DNA of 20,000 bases from an uncultured virus (IMG/VR IMGVR_UViG_3300018083_000026) (IMGVR_UViG_3300018083_000026), one strand, 5' to 3'. Counted from the first letter of the stretch, positions 8,248 through 16,832 are shown. Numbers and translations are program-made. The notes: a model not told the origin generated them from the sequence alone.

Positions 8248-10493
8248 TGTTGGCCCCTCCGCAGTCCAAAGGTGGACTCCATAGAGCGAGTGACATCGCC
8301 ACGGCCATCGCGTATCTCCGAACTGAGCTCATTCTTAACCCGCTTGATCATTACTTCGATCACCCGCTCGCCGCCCTCGTTCCGCTCTTTAACTTCCGGC
8401 TTGGCGTCGGTATAATTGTTAATAACGATCCGCACATTACCTCCGCTGCCTCCGCCTAAGGCATCGTTAGGGATGATGTTGCCGCCGCGCGAGGGCACAA
8501 ACATTTCTGGCCCCTTCTCTCCTACCAAGAAAGCTTTGTCACTAGTTACGGGACCACCTAACACCTTCTCTCCTCCGAACTCTAGCTTCACTGCCTGAAT
8601 GGAAGAAACAATAGTGGCCGTAGCTGCTATCACAGATCCCATCGCCACAATGTTCGCAGGGTAGGGCAAGTATAAAGCACTCGTAATACCTTGGAGGATC
8701 TTAACCGTGGCGTCTGCCACAGCGAAAGCTTTCGACATGGCGAATATCGTTTTGTAGGCTGCCGACTGTTCGCCGCCAAACGCCTTCGCCATGCCCGCCA
8801 TGTCATCGAACATTTTCGAGGAGGCGCTTAAGGCAACTTCCGCCGCAGCCAACTGAAGCGCCTTGAGATCCCGGTTGCCCTTCTCGATAGCAGCATTCCT
8901 CGCGTCGATTGTTTCCTGATTTAGTGTTTTCTCCCGAACCCCGGCGTCTTGCAGGAACGCCAGCCGGTCCTCGATCATCTGCTTCTCTTTTTCGAACTGG
9001 CTTGCTTGGGCAACTAAGGGGTCGGCGCCCAATCCAGTCATGGGTTGCTTGCCTGTTCCTTTCAATTGCTCCATCAAGCCACCGGAAATTCCCAACTCCT
9101 GGGCGGATTGAGGAGTCAACCCCATGTTTTCCAACCGACTCTTGCCTCCTCCCATCGCACTTAAAGCCGCCATCATCTTCTGCGAATTGCCTATGATGTC
9201 TTGCGTATCCTTGGCAACCGCATCCTTTATCTCCTTCGACCTAACCTTAATAGGCTCCATTATCTTGGCGCCCTTGTTAGCCCAATCCTCCCACTGTTTG
9301 AGGATGTCGTCAGCGGCGCCCTTCGTCAGTTCAATTACTACCCCGCCCGTCCGGTCCACCGAGTCTGTTACAATCTTACTGGATTGTGCGACGCCCTGGG
9401 CAATGGCGCCGGAAACATCTCCCCAGCCTTTGGCTACTGTCCTCCCTATATCTGCTACTCCTATACCAACCGTCGCGAAGTCTTGGGTTAACAGAGCCTT
9501 CATGACTCCACCCACCTGGCCTACTAAACTTCCCAGGTCCCCTAACCCTGTCATGATATTCTTTAGAACCTTCCACCAAACCCCTATCAGCTGAATCACA
9601 GCATCAATCCCGTTCCGAAAGACTTCGAGTTCGACAGTTACATTAGTGGCAATGATTGTAGCCACTGACCGCAATACCGTCCAAATAGTCAAGAGCCCTA
9701 GCCGGAGTATGTTCACCACATCAGCCATAGTTTGGAACCCGGCGATAATTCCATCGGCCACAATCCGCGCGTGGTCCCCTTCCTTAGCCCACTCTATAAA
9801 TCTTTCCGTCAACTCTATCCACACCGGCAAGAGCTGTTCCGCCACCATGTTAAATATGCCACTAAACATGGTGTGAATACGCTTCAGGTTGTCGTTGAAC
9901 GTCTGGGCGTTGGCAGTAAATTCCTTACTGATAACGGCGCCAAACTGTTTAGCCTCGTCCATCTGTTCGCGAATTGCTTTGCTGCCCTGGTTGAGGAAGG
10001 GCAGCATCTCTGCCCCTGCACGTCCAAACCGTTCGTAGGCCATCCGCAACTTGGCAGACTCGTCCGTCGTAGCCGCGAAGGCGTCTGCCTGCTGGATAAT
10101 TGACTCAGTGAGATTTTTGGAGTGCTCGCCCTGCTCGTCTAAGAACTTAGAGAGGAATTTAGTCGACTGGACCAGCTCCTGCGTGCTCATGTCCGCCAGC
10201 CCGGCGGAGTAAGACAAGGCTGAAAACGCTTCCACCGTTTGCCCAGCCTTCTGCGCCATCTTCCCCATCTCATCGGCCGCGTTAATAGCCTCCTTGGTAA
10301 GCTTGAGAGAGATAGCTGCCGCTGCCGCTACCACCGCCGCGGCAATCCCTCCCACCGCGATAGCCATGGTGTCCGAAGCCTTCGCCACGCTCGTCTTTGC
10401 CAAGTTCATCCCCTTGACAAGCTCTACTGAGTTAGCCGTCAGCTTGACGTAGAGAGTTCCTAAGTCTCCAGCGCCTTCAAAGGGTGCAGGCAT
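8244..10493 (-). CDS. Tail tape measure protein
   Basis: 749 aa, Ala-rich and helical. N-terminal LGTLYVKLTANS; C-terminal GGPV....FLVGEKGPEMFVP...G.IIPN motif; follows the chaperone pair. Confidence 0.95.
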   Translation of the reverse strand: MPAPFEGAGDLGTLYVKLTANSVELVKGMNLAKTSVAKASDTMAIAVGGIAAAVVAAAAAISLKLTKEAINAADEMGKMAQKAGQTVEAFSALSYSAGLADMSTQELVQSTKFLSKFLDEQGEHSKNLTESIIQQADAFAATTDESAKLRMAYERFGRAGAEMLPFLNQGSKAIREQMDEAKQFGAVISKEFTANAQTFNDNLKRIHTMFSGIFNMVAEQLLPVWIELTERFIEWAKEGDHARIVADGIIAGFQTMADVVNILRLGLLTIWTVLRSVATIIATNVTVELEVFRNGIDAVIQLIGVWWKVLKNIMTGLGDLGSLVGQVGGVMKALLTQDFATVGIGVADIGRTVAKGWGDVSGAIAQGVAQSSKIVTDSVDRTGGVVIELTKGAADDILKQWEDWANKGAKIMEPIKVRSKEIKDAVAKDTQDIIGNSQKMMAALSAMGGGKSRLENMGLTPQSAQELGISGGLMEQLKGTGKQPMTGLGADPLVAQASQFEKEKQMIEDRLAFLQDAGVREKTLNQETIDARNAAIEKGNRDLKALQLAAAEVALSASSKMFDDMAGMAKAFGGEQSAAYKTIFAMSKAFAVADATVKILQGITSALYLPYPANIVAMGSVIAATATIVSSIQAVKLEFGGEKVLGGPVTSDKAFLVGEKGPEMFVPSRGGNIIPNDALGGGSGGNVRIVINNYTDAKPEVKERNEGGERVIEVMIKRVKNELSSEIRDGRGDVTRSMESTFGLRRGQQ

Positions 10494-10496
10494 AGG

Positions 10497-10832
10497 TCAG
10501 CTGCCTCCTATCTTCATGTTAAGGGACCGCATCCAAGCAGACTTAGATTTAGAGGGCGGTTTCTCAACCTTAGTTGGGGCATCAGTTTTATTCATTAAGA
10601 AATCTTTCGTCTTAACCGACTTGGGATTCTTTACCAGGCCCCGCCTAATCTCCGCAGCGATCTGCGCCAAGTAAATATCCTGCTTCGTGTTTCGTTCTTC
10701 CTCGCGCCGGAGGAATGTCAACCAGTCAATGAACTCGCTGTAGGTTATCCGAGCCCTTAGCTCAGCCACTGAATAACCTAGGTGAGAAGCTACTTGGAAC
10801 CAACCCAGCTTCTCACCCGTCATCCGTTTTTT
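10497..10832 (-). CDS. Tail assembly chaperone, frameshifted C-terminal extension (gpT-like part of gpGT)
   Basis: The ORF is in the -1 frame relative to 10820..11191 and is open across the slippery site A AAA AAC. VASHLGYSVAELRARITYSEFIDW is typical of gpT-like domains. An independent ATG exists at 10823. Confidence 0.85.
   Translation of the reverse strand, partial: KKRMTGEKLGWFQVASHLGYSVAELRARITYSEFIDWLTFLRREEERNTKQDIYLAQIAAEIRRGLVKNPKSVKTKDFLMNKTDAPTKVEKPPSKSKSAWMRSLNMKIGGS
10781..10832 (-). promoter_or_regulatory. Programmed -1 ribosomal frameshift signal: A_AAA_AAC heptamer plus downstream hairpin
   Basis: Heptamer at 10832..10826, correctly phased (TCA AAA AAC GGA TGA). A perfect 11-bp stem, GGTGAGAAGCT/AGCTTCTCACC (10817..10807 with 10791..10781), starts 8 nt downstream. 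Confidence 0.88.
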
Positions 10833-11191
10833 GATTCAGCTACCGCTTTCTTCTCTGCGACTGCCGTCAGATGGTTTAGCTTTTGAGCTTCCTCAAATAA
10901 GGAGGCTACGACTGATGCTGGCCACCCTTGAATAGTTTCCCGGGTAACCTTGCTTCCATCTACCCGCAAGAAAAGGCAGCGGGAAACCAAATCCGCTTGC
11001 AGTCCATCGAACTTCGTGACTCCGCCCGGCTTGCCGTCCTTGTCCATCTGCACGCGGTCTCCAAGCGTATCCAGATAGGCATCCCGGACGGCTGCCGTCA
11101 TTTCGCGAAGCTCGTAGTCTTGTGATTTTCCGTTCCCACCTTCCAACGCTACTGGGATGGTGGAGGCTACTAAGGTGAATTTCAGAGCCAT
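10820..11191 (-). CDS. Tail assembly chaperone (gpG-like)
   Basis: 123 aa between the tail tube and tape measure genes. YELREMTAAVRDAY...LVSRCL...WPASVVASLFEEAQKLN; ends in a slippery sequence. Confidence 0.88.
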   Translation of the reverse strand: MALKFTLVASTIPVALEGGNGKSQDYELREMTAAVRDAYLDTLGDRVQMDKDGKPGGVTKFDGLQADLVSRCLFLRVDGSKVTRETIQGWPASVVASLFEEAQKLNHLTAVAEKKAVAESKNG

Positions 11192-11197
11192 AAAATT

Positions 11198-11644
11198 TTA
11201 GCTCTCCACCGCTTCGGCGTAGACGGGAGCCACTTCTTCCCCTAGGAGGTTTCGCATTCCTGTTTGAATGCTAAGTTTGGCCGTCGGCTGCTCGCCTTCC
11301 GTATGGGTTGCCGGAGTAAACTCCTCAATCCATCCGTAGAACGAAATGGTTGAGTTGTCGGGGAAGGTAACAGTGATGAGCTGGTTGACGCCTATCTGTC
11401 CCCAAACGTCATCGATGGCAATCGTGGCATAGGCCACAGTGGCGCTCACTTGCGTGAGGGATTTCAACTTGCGCGGCGCACTCGTCCTATAGGCAATGTT
11501 CCGCATGGTTGTGGTTTCGATGGGCCCTCCCGCCGTGTAGCCCGGAGGAGTGACGTCCTTCTCATAAAGTTTGACGAGAGGGAGGTTGGCGAATGTGATA
11601 ATGGTTGAGAAACCATCATCTAATCTTAATTCGTTTTCGTTCAT
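11198..11644 (-). CDS. Major tail (tube) protein
   Basis: 148 aa with VTPPG..GGPIETTTM, ITVTFPDNSTISFYGWI and GEQPTA; position after the tail terminator; strong A-rich leader shared with the capsid gene. Confidence 0.85.
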   Translation of the reverse strand: MNENELRLDDGFSTIITFANLPLVKLYEKDVTPPGYTAGGPIETTTMRNIAYRTSAPRKLKSLTQVSATVAYATIAIDDVWGQIGVNQLITVTFPDNSTISFYGWIEEFTPATHTEGEQPTAKLSIQTGMRNLLGEEVAPVYAEAVES

Positions 11645-11665
11645 CTTGTTTCTTTCTTGGTTGAT

Positions 11666-12094
11666 TTAGTTACTGCTCATAGTGACCACTGCGTTAATAG
11701 TGAAGAGATGACGACGACGATCGCCTTCCTGCTCCACTCCCAATGGAATGACATCTCCGCTCCGGGATACATTGTGGAGAATGTAGCTGTTCGCGGAGTC
11801 CATTACAACTATCGTCCGGCACTGGGCGTCGAGCGCCAAAGCAATGTCCGTCACTTTCTTTATGACGTCGATATAGCTAGACCCCCGCACTACCACCTGG
11901 ACTCCGGGATGGACTATTTTCTCCCCGGTCCGCATTATCCGCCCGTTCATCTTCCCCGCCGTATCATAAATGCCTAGCGCATTGTCCGGCGTGCCGGGAA
12001 GGAAAGACACGAACACGGGCCAAGTCCCCGCTTGCTCCGTCCCTAAGTCGAGCTCGATGAGAAGCTGGCGGATGACATCGGCAGGAGAATTCAT
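11666..12094 (-). CDS. Tail terminator / tail completion protein (minor capsid 3-like)
   Basis: 142 aa with PDNALGIYDTAG, PGVQVVVRG and LG.....RRHLFTIN; position before the tail tube gene. Confidence 0.8.
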   Translation of the reverse strand: MNSPADVIRQLLIELDLGTEQAGTWPVFVSFLPGTPDNALGIYDTAGKMNGRIMRTGEKIVHPGVQVVVRGSSYIDVIKKVTDIALALDAQCRTIVVMDSANSYILHNVSRSGDVIPLGVEQEGDRRRHLFTINAVVTMSSN

Positions 12095-12504
12095 ATATGC
12101 ATCTCCTTAATGATATCCGCCCGCATGTCGGTATTGAGCCGGCGGACCGGCTCCTCTAGAAACTTCGACTGCCCGCGACCCTGCGGGTCCCAATACCTAC
12201 CCTTGTGCGGCGGATTGCGGGGTTCACCTTTAAGCTTCATCTCCACGTTCTCGTGGACGTAGACGGCATAGGCTGCCGTATAACCCACCGTCACCGCTGT
12301 TCCAAATCCCTCGCCTTCGGAACGGGTAAAGGCCGACGCCTTAAGGACTCCGTAGTCTACAGGGACAAGGCGCTGGCTTTCCCGCTGGAGGCGGAGTCCA
12401 GCCTTCTTGAGTCCCCGAGCGCAACCTCTGCCCATCTTCTCCGATGCTTCGTGCATCCGGGCGAGAACTTCCTTGATCCCAGTGATGGCGCCAATTTCAG
12501 GCAT
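12091..12504 (-). CDS. HK97 gp10-like neck / tail completion protein
   Basis: SQRLVPVDYGVLKAS, VGYTAAYAVYVHE and GQSKFLEEP motifs. Confidence 0.85.
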   Translation of the reverse strand: MPEIGAITGIKEVLARMHEASEKMGRGCARGLKKAGLRLQRESQRLVPVDYGVLKASAFTRSEGEGFGTAVTVGYTAAYAVYVHENVEMKLKGEPRNPPHKGRYWDPQGRGQSKFLEEPVRRLNTDMRADIIKEMHI

Positions 12505-12725
12505 TAGATCGCTGGGGTGATGTCGATGTAATACTGGTTACCCTTGATAAGAAATCCCTGGGCGACCGGATTGTCAATGGAGATGCTGAATGTAGCGCAA
12601 GGGGTAGATTTAGCGAAGGTCTTGTTCTCGTCGCTTCCTCCTGTGACAGCATACATAGACACGGTCTCCGTTGTGCCTGCCATCTTAACATCCTGCACCC
12701 ACATTTTGGCTCTTATTTGTTTCAT
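12504..12725 (-). CDS. Small hypothetical phage protein
   Basis: 73 aa with IRAKM..ENKTFAKSTP..ISIDNP.A..YYIDITPA; translationally coupled on both sides (ATGA and TAATG). Confidence 0.7.
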   Translation of the reverse strand: MKQIRAKMWVQDVKMAGTTETVSMYAVTGGSDENKTFAKSTPCATFSISIDNPVAQGFLIKGNQYYIDITPAI

Positions 12726-13063
12726 AGGTAAGCGGTATAAAGGAACTCAGTTGCTTTCATGTTTGGGGTCTCGTCAAATCGTTGGATCTCGAAGGCGTGG
12801 ACAAGCTCCGCCGGACTGTCGGGAGTTCCGGATTCCATCTCGCCTTTCATTAGCTTGTCCCCTTTCTTGAGGACCCGGTCGGGATAGACTGTGGCGTTGG
12901 ACATCTCCGTCTCTCCTACCCCGTTGCGAAACTCTGTTCCGCTGTCATCCCACCGGCAGGCAATCTCCACAGGAGCGGCGAAAGCATAGCTGCCGAATCG
13001 GTCCGGTGTAGTCCGCTCCCACCATACGGCCCGCTGCTTCCGCATTTTCTTTATAATGCTCAT
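12722..13063 (-). CDS. Head closure / head-tail joining protein
   Basis: Start reassigned to ATG 13063 (ATGA overlap); 113 aa. KQRAVWW...DRFG...APVEIACRWDD...MSNATVY is typical of stopper proteins. Confidence 0.78.
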   Translation of the reverse strand: MSIIKKMRKQRAVWWERTTPDRFGSYAFAAPVEIACRWDDSGTEFRNGVGETEMSNATVYPDRVLKKGDKLMKGEMESGTPDSPAELVHAFEIQRFDETPNMKATEFLYTAYL

Positions 13064-13809
13064 GCCGTTATTAAACCCCCGCCTAGGCCCCTGCCTTGCC
13101 CTGTCTGAGCTTGCAACGCTGCCACCCGTCCGTTTGTAGCGGAACGGGGAACACACCCAGACAGGGCTTGGGGAGGGGCCGGGGTAAGTGTCTTAATTAT
13201 AGACAGAAAGTGGGCTACAGAAATCCGTTCGAATACCGGCAGCTTGCTGGACCCGTCCGTCACATTGAGAATCCGCACATCCGGCCGGCGCTTCAAACTT
13301 TGGGCTAGTGTAGTAAATCCCCGGGTAAACCTAATGAAGGCTTCAATGTTGGGTGGCTTGAAAGCGTAGGAATGCCAATGCACCTTTCCATTCTGGGGTC
13401 CTAAGTCGTAACCCAAAAGGAAGATGCGGGTGGCTCCTAAAGTCACAGCCAAGTTGATAGCTGCGGCGCCAGTAGAATAGTTCCATCCTAAGACGTGGCC
13501 TTCGTGCAGTCCATCGCGTATCCGCTCCATCTGCCACAGCCAACTCAACTGCAAAGGCAGCAAAGTAGGAGCGCAAGTAACCACCCGCCCCTTGAATTGT
13601 TTTAGGTCTTGCTTGTTTCGCTCCCACCAGCTGGCATCGCCAAACAAACAAATCTTGACTATCTCCTCCCCTAAGTGCCAAGCATCATTGCACCCAATCA
13701 CGTTGCATTGCTTTAGAATCGAGAAGTCAAATCCCGCGAGGGAAGAACCGCCACCAATAAGAAAGGCGTCCTGGTCTTTCCATTCTAAAGAAGGAGTCCA
13801 GGCTGGCAT
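13060..13809 (-). CDS. Maf/DUF115 (MptE-like) / GT29-GT42-like glycosyltransferase-fold protein
   Basis: Start reassigned to ATG 13809, 1 nt after the adaptor stop; 249 aa. Motifs AFLIGGGSSL, VIGCND, FGDASWW and NYSTGAAAINLAVTLGATRIFLLGYD..HWH. Confidence 0.75.
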   Translation of the reverse strand: MPAWTPSLEWKDQDAFLIGGGSSLAGFDFSILKQCNVIGCNDAWHLGEEIVKICLFGDASWWERNKQDLKQFKGRVVTCAPTLLPLQLSWLWQMERIRDGLHEGHVLGWNYSTGAAAINLAVTLGATRIFLLGYDLGPQNGKVHWHSYAFKPPNIEAFIRFTRGFTTLAQSLKRRPDVRILNVTDGSSKLPVFERISVAHFLSIIKTLTPAPPQALSGCVPRSATNGRVAALQAQTGQGRGLGGGLITA

Positions 13810-13810
13810 G

Positions 13811-14197
13811 TTATTCCTCCGCCGTTGCCAGTGGTGTTCCCAGCCAGCTAACCGACAACACCTTCTTTTTCTTGAGGGTGTTAAGAGCGGCCAGACCACC
13901 CGCCGTGTCGAGCAGCATAGCAGTCTGACCGTAGTGGGAGGTGTTGAGGTTGAGAGCCACCGCACTTTGGTAAGTAACACCCACCGGACCCGCCTTCTCA
14001 TTCACGGCGCGAGGGTCCCGGTTAGTGTAGAAATGGGCCGACAGCCAGCGTTCAATTAATTCCAGCCGACTGTCGGTGTAGCCCTTATCCGTGCAGACTT
14101 CTGTGACCAGTTCGTTCGCTATCATCATGAACGGCTCCAAACCAATGGAGGCGTCCACTTCGATGATATCCGCAACCTGTCCCGAAGTCGTTCGCAT
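13811..14197 (-). CDS. Head-tail adaptor (DUF4054-like)
   Basis: 128 aa with LELIERWLSAHF, EKAGPVGVTY and TSHYGQTAMLLDTAG; position after the capsid gene. Confidence 0.82.
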   Translation of the reverse strand: MRTTSGQVADIIEVDASIGLEPFMMIANELVTEVCTDKGYTDSRLELIERWLSAHFYTNRDPRAVNEKAGPVGVTYQSAVALNLNTSHYGQTAMLLDTAGGLAALNTLKKKKVLSVSWLGTPLATAEE

Positions 14198-14202
14198 GGT
14201 GT

Positions 14203-14487
14203 TTAACGTTTCGCAGGATGGCTCTTGGCAGCCGGGGCGGGCTTAGCCCCAACTGGATGCGGGATAGTGCGCCGCTCCGCTACAGGCGCCGGCGCTTCGC
14301 GGTCCGCCCAGCTCTCAGGGATTTTCTCCAGCGTCTGCTCTCCCATATCCGACTCGGCAAGTTCCAGCCGGGAGAACTTGCCAGGGAATAATTTTGGAAG
14401 ATCCAACGGGCTATTAACTATCGCTCCCTTGCCGTAGACCTTTCCGGCTTCCAAGTGGGTCCCTATCACTACCTTGTATTTGGCCAT
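14203..14487 (-). CDS. Small capsid-associated hypothetical protein
   Basis: Start reassigned to ATG 14487 (MAKYKVVIGTHLEAGKVYGKGAIV), which lies downstream of the hairpin and follows an A-rich leader; 94 aa with a Pro/Ala/Lys-rich tail. Confidence 0.65.
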   Translation of the reverse strand: MAKYKVVIGTHLEAGKVYGKGAIVNSPLDLPKLFPGKFSRLELAESDMGEQTLEKIPESWADREAPAPVAERRTIPHPVGAKPAPAAKSHPAKR

Positions 14488-14514
14488 ATTTTTGGTTTCG
14501 TTTTGTATTGTTCT

Positions 14515-14546
14515 AAAAGCCGGCCCGTTCACAACGCGGGCCGGCT
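14515..14546 (-). terminator. Intrinsic terminator/attenuator after the major capsid gene
   Basis: Minus strand AGCCGGCCCG-CGTTGTGAA-CGGGCCGGCT-TTT: a 10-bp GC-rich stem with a short U tract, 40 nt after the capsid stop. Confidence 0.75.
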
Positions 14547-14586
14547 CAGCTCAGCTTAGCTTTAACCGACGGACTGCACTAATTGA

Positions 14587-15648
14587 TTACGGAGTAGCGA
14601 CCCCGTGGACAATACCCGTTTGGCCATTAAAGTCGGCCCGCAGTTGCGGAACCATGATGGCCATTACCTTGAAGTTAAGGCGCATACCGCCCAAGGTTTC
14701 CCACTGCAAGGTGGTGATATCCATACCGATGACCATACGAATGACGTCGCTCGTCATCTGGAGCAGGATCATTTGGAACCCCGTGAGGTAGTCCAGCGTA
14801 GTTACGGCGCCGATATTGCTAATCGCACCAATGCGCTGGCGAAGGGTGATGTCGCCCTTGAGAGTAGAATAATCATCATCCATATATTGATCCCAAGCTG
14901 GGCTCGTGTAAAGCACCCAGGGACCGTAGTGGTGGTTCTCTTCGCTCGCCTGCCGCATGGCTAGCAATTCCTGAATCGTCGCTTGCGGCGTCCAGCCCGT
15001 TTCCGTAGGTGCGGTGAGATCCACCGAAGTCACCCGGGAAGGGAAGTTGGTGAGACCGTAAACCGTCCCGCCGCCATAGGAGAATGTTGGGAGGACTCCC
15101 AGCGTCAGCTTCTCGGCTTCCTCCGCCACCCGGCGGGCAGCGAGCTGGGCCATAGTCGTGTCGATTGAGGCTCCGCTATTCCGGGACGTCGCCACTTGGC
15201 GGGCGTTGAAATAGAAGTCCTTGTGAATGACCGGCAGGGGCAAGTTCACAATGTCGAACTCCGGCCGATCTCCTTCCGAGCTTCGAGCGGGGTCCATGCT
15301 AATCGTAGCGCCCGTGATGTCGCCCATCGATTCCGATTCCAAAACCGTCTTACCCATCCCGTTGGGAATGTTGTAGACGAGTCCGCGTCCGCGCAAGTCG
15401 GCGACCACCCGCAGCCGCTCCTTCGCTGCGATCAGAATCGCATCGTCCAGAATCTTCCACTCCTCCTTGCGAAGGGTGGCCGTAGCGTTCTGGGTAGGAA
15501 CCGCAATGAGTTTACCCGCCTGGTTCCGCGAGATGTAATGACGTCCATCCTTGCCGACCCAAGGCCGCAAGGCAGCGACGTCGAACCCGTTATTCAACAG
15601 GGTCGTGGCGACGGCTCCCTGAGCCTGCCCGTTCATAATAAATTCCAT
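14587..15648 (-). CDS. Major capsid protein (HK97 fold, encapsulin/Linocin-M18-like branch)
   Basis: 353 aa with TLRKEEWKILDDAI, LPLPVIHKDFYFNARQ, IDTTMAQLAARRVAE, VYGLTNFP and NFKVMAIMVPQLR; position after the protease and decoration genes. Confidence 0.9.
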   Translation of the reverse strand: MEFIMNGQAQGAVATTLLNNGFDVAALRPWVGKDGRHYISRNQAGKLIAVPTQNATATLRKEEWKILDDAILIAAKERLRVVADLRGRGLVYNIPNGMGKTVLESESMGDITGATISMDPARSSEGDRPEFDIVNLPLPVIHKDFYFNARQVATSRNSGASIDTTMAQLAARRVAEEAEKLTLGVLPTFSYGGGTVYGLTNFPSRVTSVDLTAPTETGWTPQATIQELLAMRQASEENHHYGPWVLYTSPAWDQYMDDDYSTLKGDITLRQRIGAISNIGAVTTLDYLTGFQMILLQMTSDVIRMVIGMDITTLQWETLGGMRLNFKVMAIMVPQLRADFNGQTGIVHGVATP

Positions 15649-15689
15649 AATGTTTCTTTCTTGTTTGGTTGATATTGTTTAGGGCCAGC

Positions 15690-16124
15690 TCAGAGGATAC
15701 GGACTCGAATCCTCTCGTTCACGTTGTTACTGTCACTGGCGTCCACAGCTTCTAGCGCCACCGCAATGGCATTAGTAGTTCCGGCTTGCAATGTGCCGTC
15801 GCCATTGCTGTTAAGGAAGCTAGAAGGATTGACCTTCTCGCCACCGCTCAGGTAGGCATAAACAACATCACCTGGCTTGCACAGAACAAAGCCCACCAAC
15901 TCACCCACCGCGTAGTCGGTGTCAATCGTGCGGCCTTGCAAGGCATCCTCGAGGGCGAAGGCTCTCTCCGCTGGACCGGCCGCACCTGAATGCGGAATAA
16001 CGGCGCCATCGGCGTTCTGGGCGAGAAGCATCCCAGGTTTGATAATTGCAGCGGCGCGGGCTTCTTCATGCCGGCCGTCGCCCAACAGGTGAATCCTGTG
16101 CGGCTTTTGAATAATCTCACTCAT
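15690..16124 (-). CDS. Head decoration / capsid cement protein
   Basis: 144 aa between the scaffold and capsid genes; AAAIIKPGMLL, LNSNGDGTL, AIAVALEA and RIRVRI pattern. Confidence 0.75.
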   Translation of the reverse strand: MSEIIQKPHRIHLLGDGRHEEARAAAIIKPGMLLAQNADGAVIPHSGAAGPAERAFALEDALQGRTIDTDYAVGELVGFVLCKPGDVVYAYLSGGEKVNPSSFLNSNGDGTLQAGTTNAIAVALEAVDASDSNNVNERIRVRIL

Positions 16125-16157
16125 AGTTTGGTTTGTGAATTGTTTTAGTTGGAGAGG

Positions 16158-16832
16158 TTATTTGGCGAAGCTCATCGCTGGGATGGACAACGCTTCCTCA
16201 GACTCCGCATTGTCGGAGGGAACCGCGCCCTGTCCCGCATAGTTTGCGGGCGGACGGGAAATGGAGGAGGTTACTCCCGCGAGACGGGCGAGGCTTCGCA
16301 GCTCTCCCAGCGGGCGATTGCTCAAATCCTCTTTGGTGAAAGGATTGTTTTTATTTGCGATGATGGAATCAACCAGCTTGTTCTTCTCTTCCTCGTAAAC
16401 CGACAAGCTGTTATTCAACACATTCTGAACCTCCGGAGGAGCGGCCTGAATGTATTCCTGCAAGTTGAGAACCCTGGGAGCAACGGGCGCTGACTTCCCG
16501 GCTTCTTCTTCGTTCTTCGTCATCATCTTGTCGAACATTGCAGCACAAGCCGCCTTGTCCGCCATGTTAGTGCAACGCGCCATGTAGTCCGCTTTGGCTT
16601 CGCCCTTCTTAGGAGACGGAGGAGCGGTCGGTGCGTTCTTCACGACCGTGATGGTGACCTTACCATCCGCATCCTTCTCTACCATTTTGAAGTTCACCGT
16701 CGGCATCTCCTTGTGGAGATTGCGCACGGCTTCCAATTGCTTTTCGGTGAGTTCCATGAGGGCCGTCCGGTCCTCTTCCTTCCAACCGATGTTGGAGGTA
16801 ATGATGGAGTCCACCAATTCCTTCTTATTCAT
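16158..16832 (-). CDS. Putative nested in-frame scaffolding protein (internal start M325)
   Basis: ATG 16832 is preceded by CCAAACCAAAACCAAACCAAAAAGATCAAAATT, an A/C-rich leader like those of neighbouring genes; 224 aa. Confidence 0.6.
   Translation of the reverse strand: MNKKELVDSIITSNIGWKEEDRTALMELTEKQLEAVRNLHKEMPTVNFKMVEKDADGKVTITVVKNAPTAPPSPKKGEAKADYMARCTNMADKAACAAMFDKMMTKNEEEAGKSAPVAPRVLNLQEYIQAAPPEVQNVLNNSLSVYEEEKNKLVDSIIANKNNPFTKEDLSNRPLGELRSLARLAGVTSSISRPPANYAGQGAVPSDNAESEEALSIPAMSFAK

Noticed and set aside
14587..15648. Encapsulin nanocompartment
   Set aside because: The sequence is encapsulin-like, but it is flanked by protease, decoration, neck and tail genes with no cargo enzyme, so it is a phage capsid protein.
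8244..15648. Contractile injection system, tailocin or gene transfer agent
   Set aside because: There are no sheath or baseplate wedge genes, a complete head module is present, and the accessory gene load is phage-like. A degenerate prophage cannot be excluded from this window alone.
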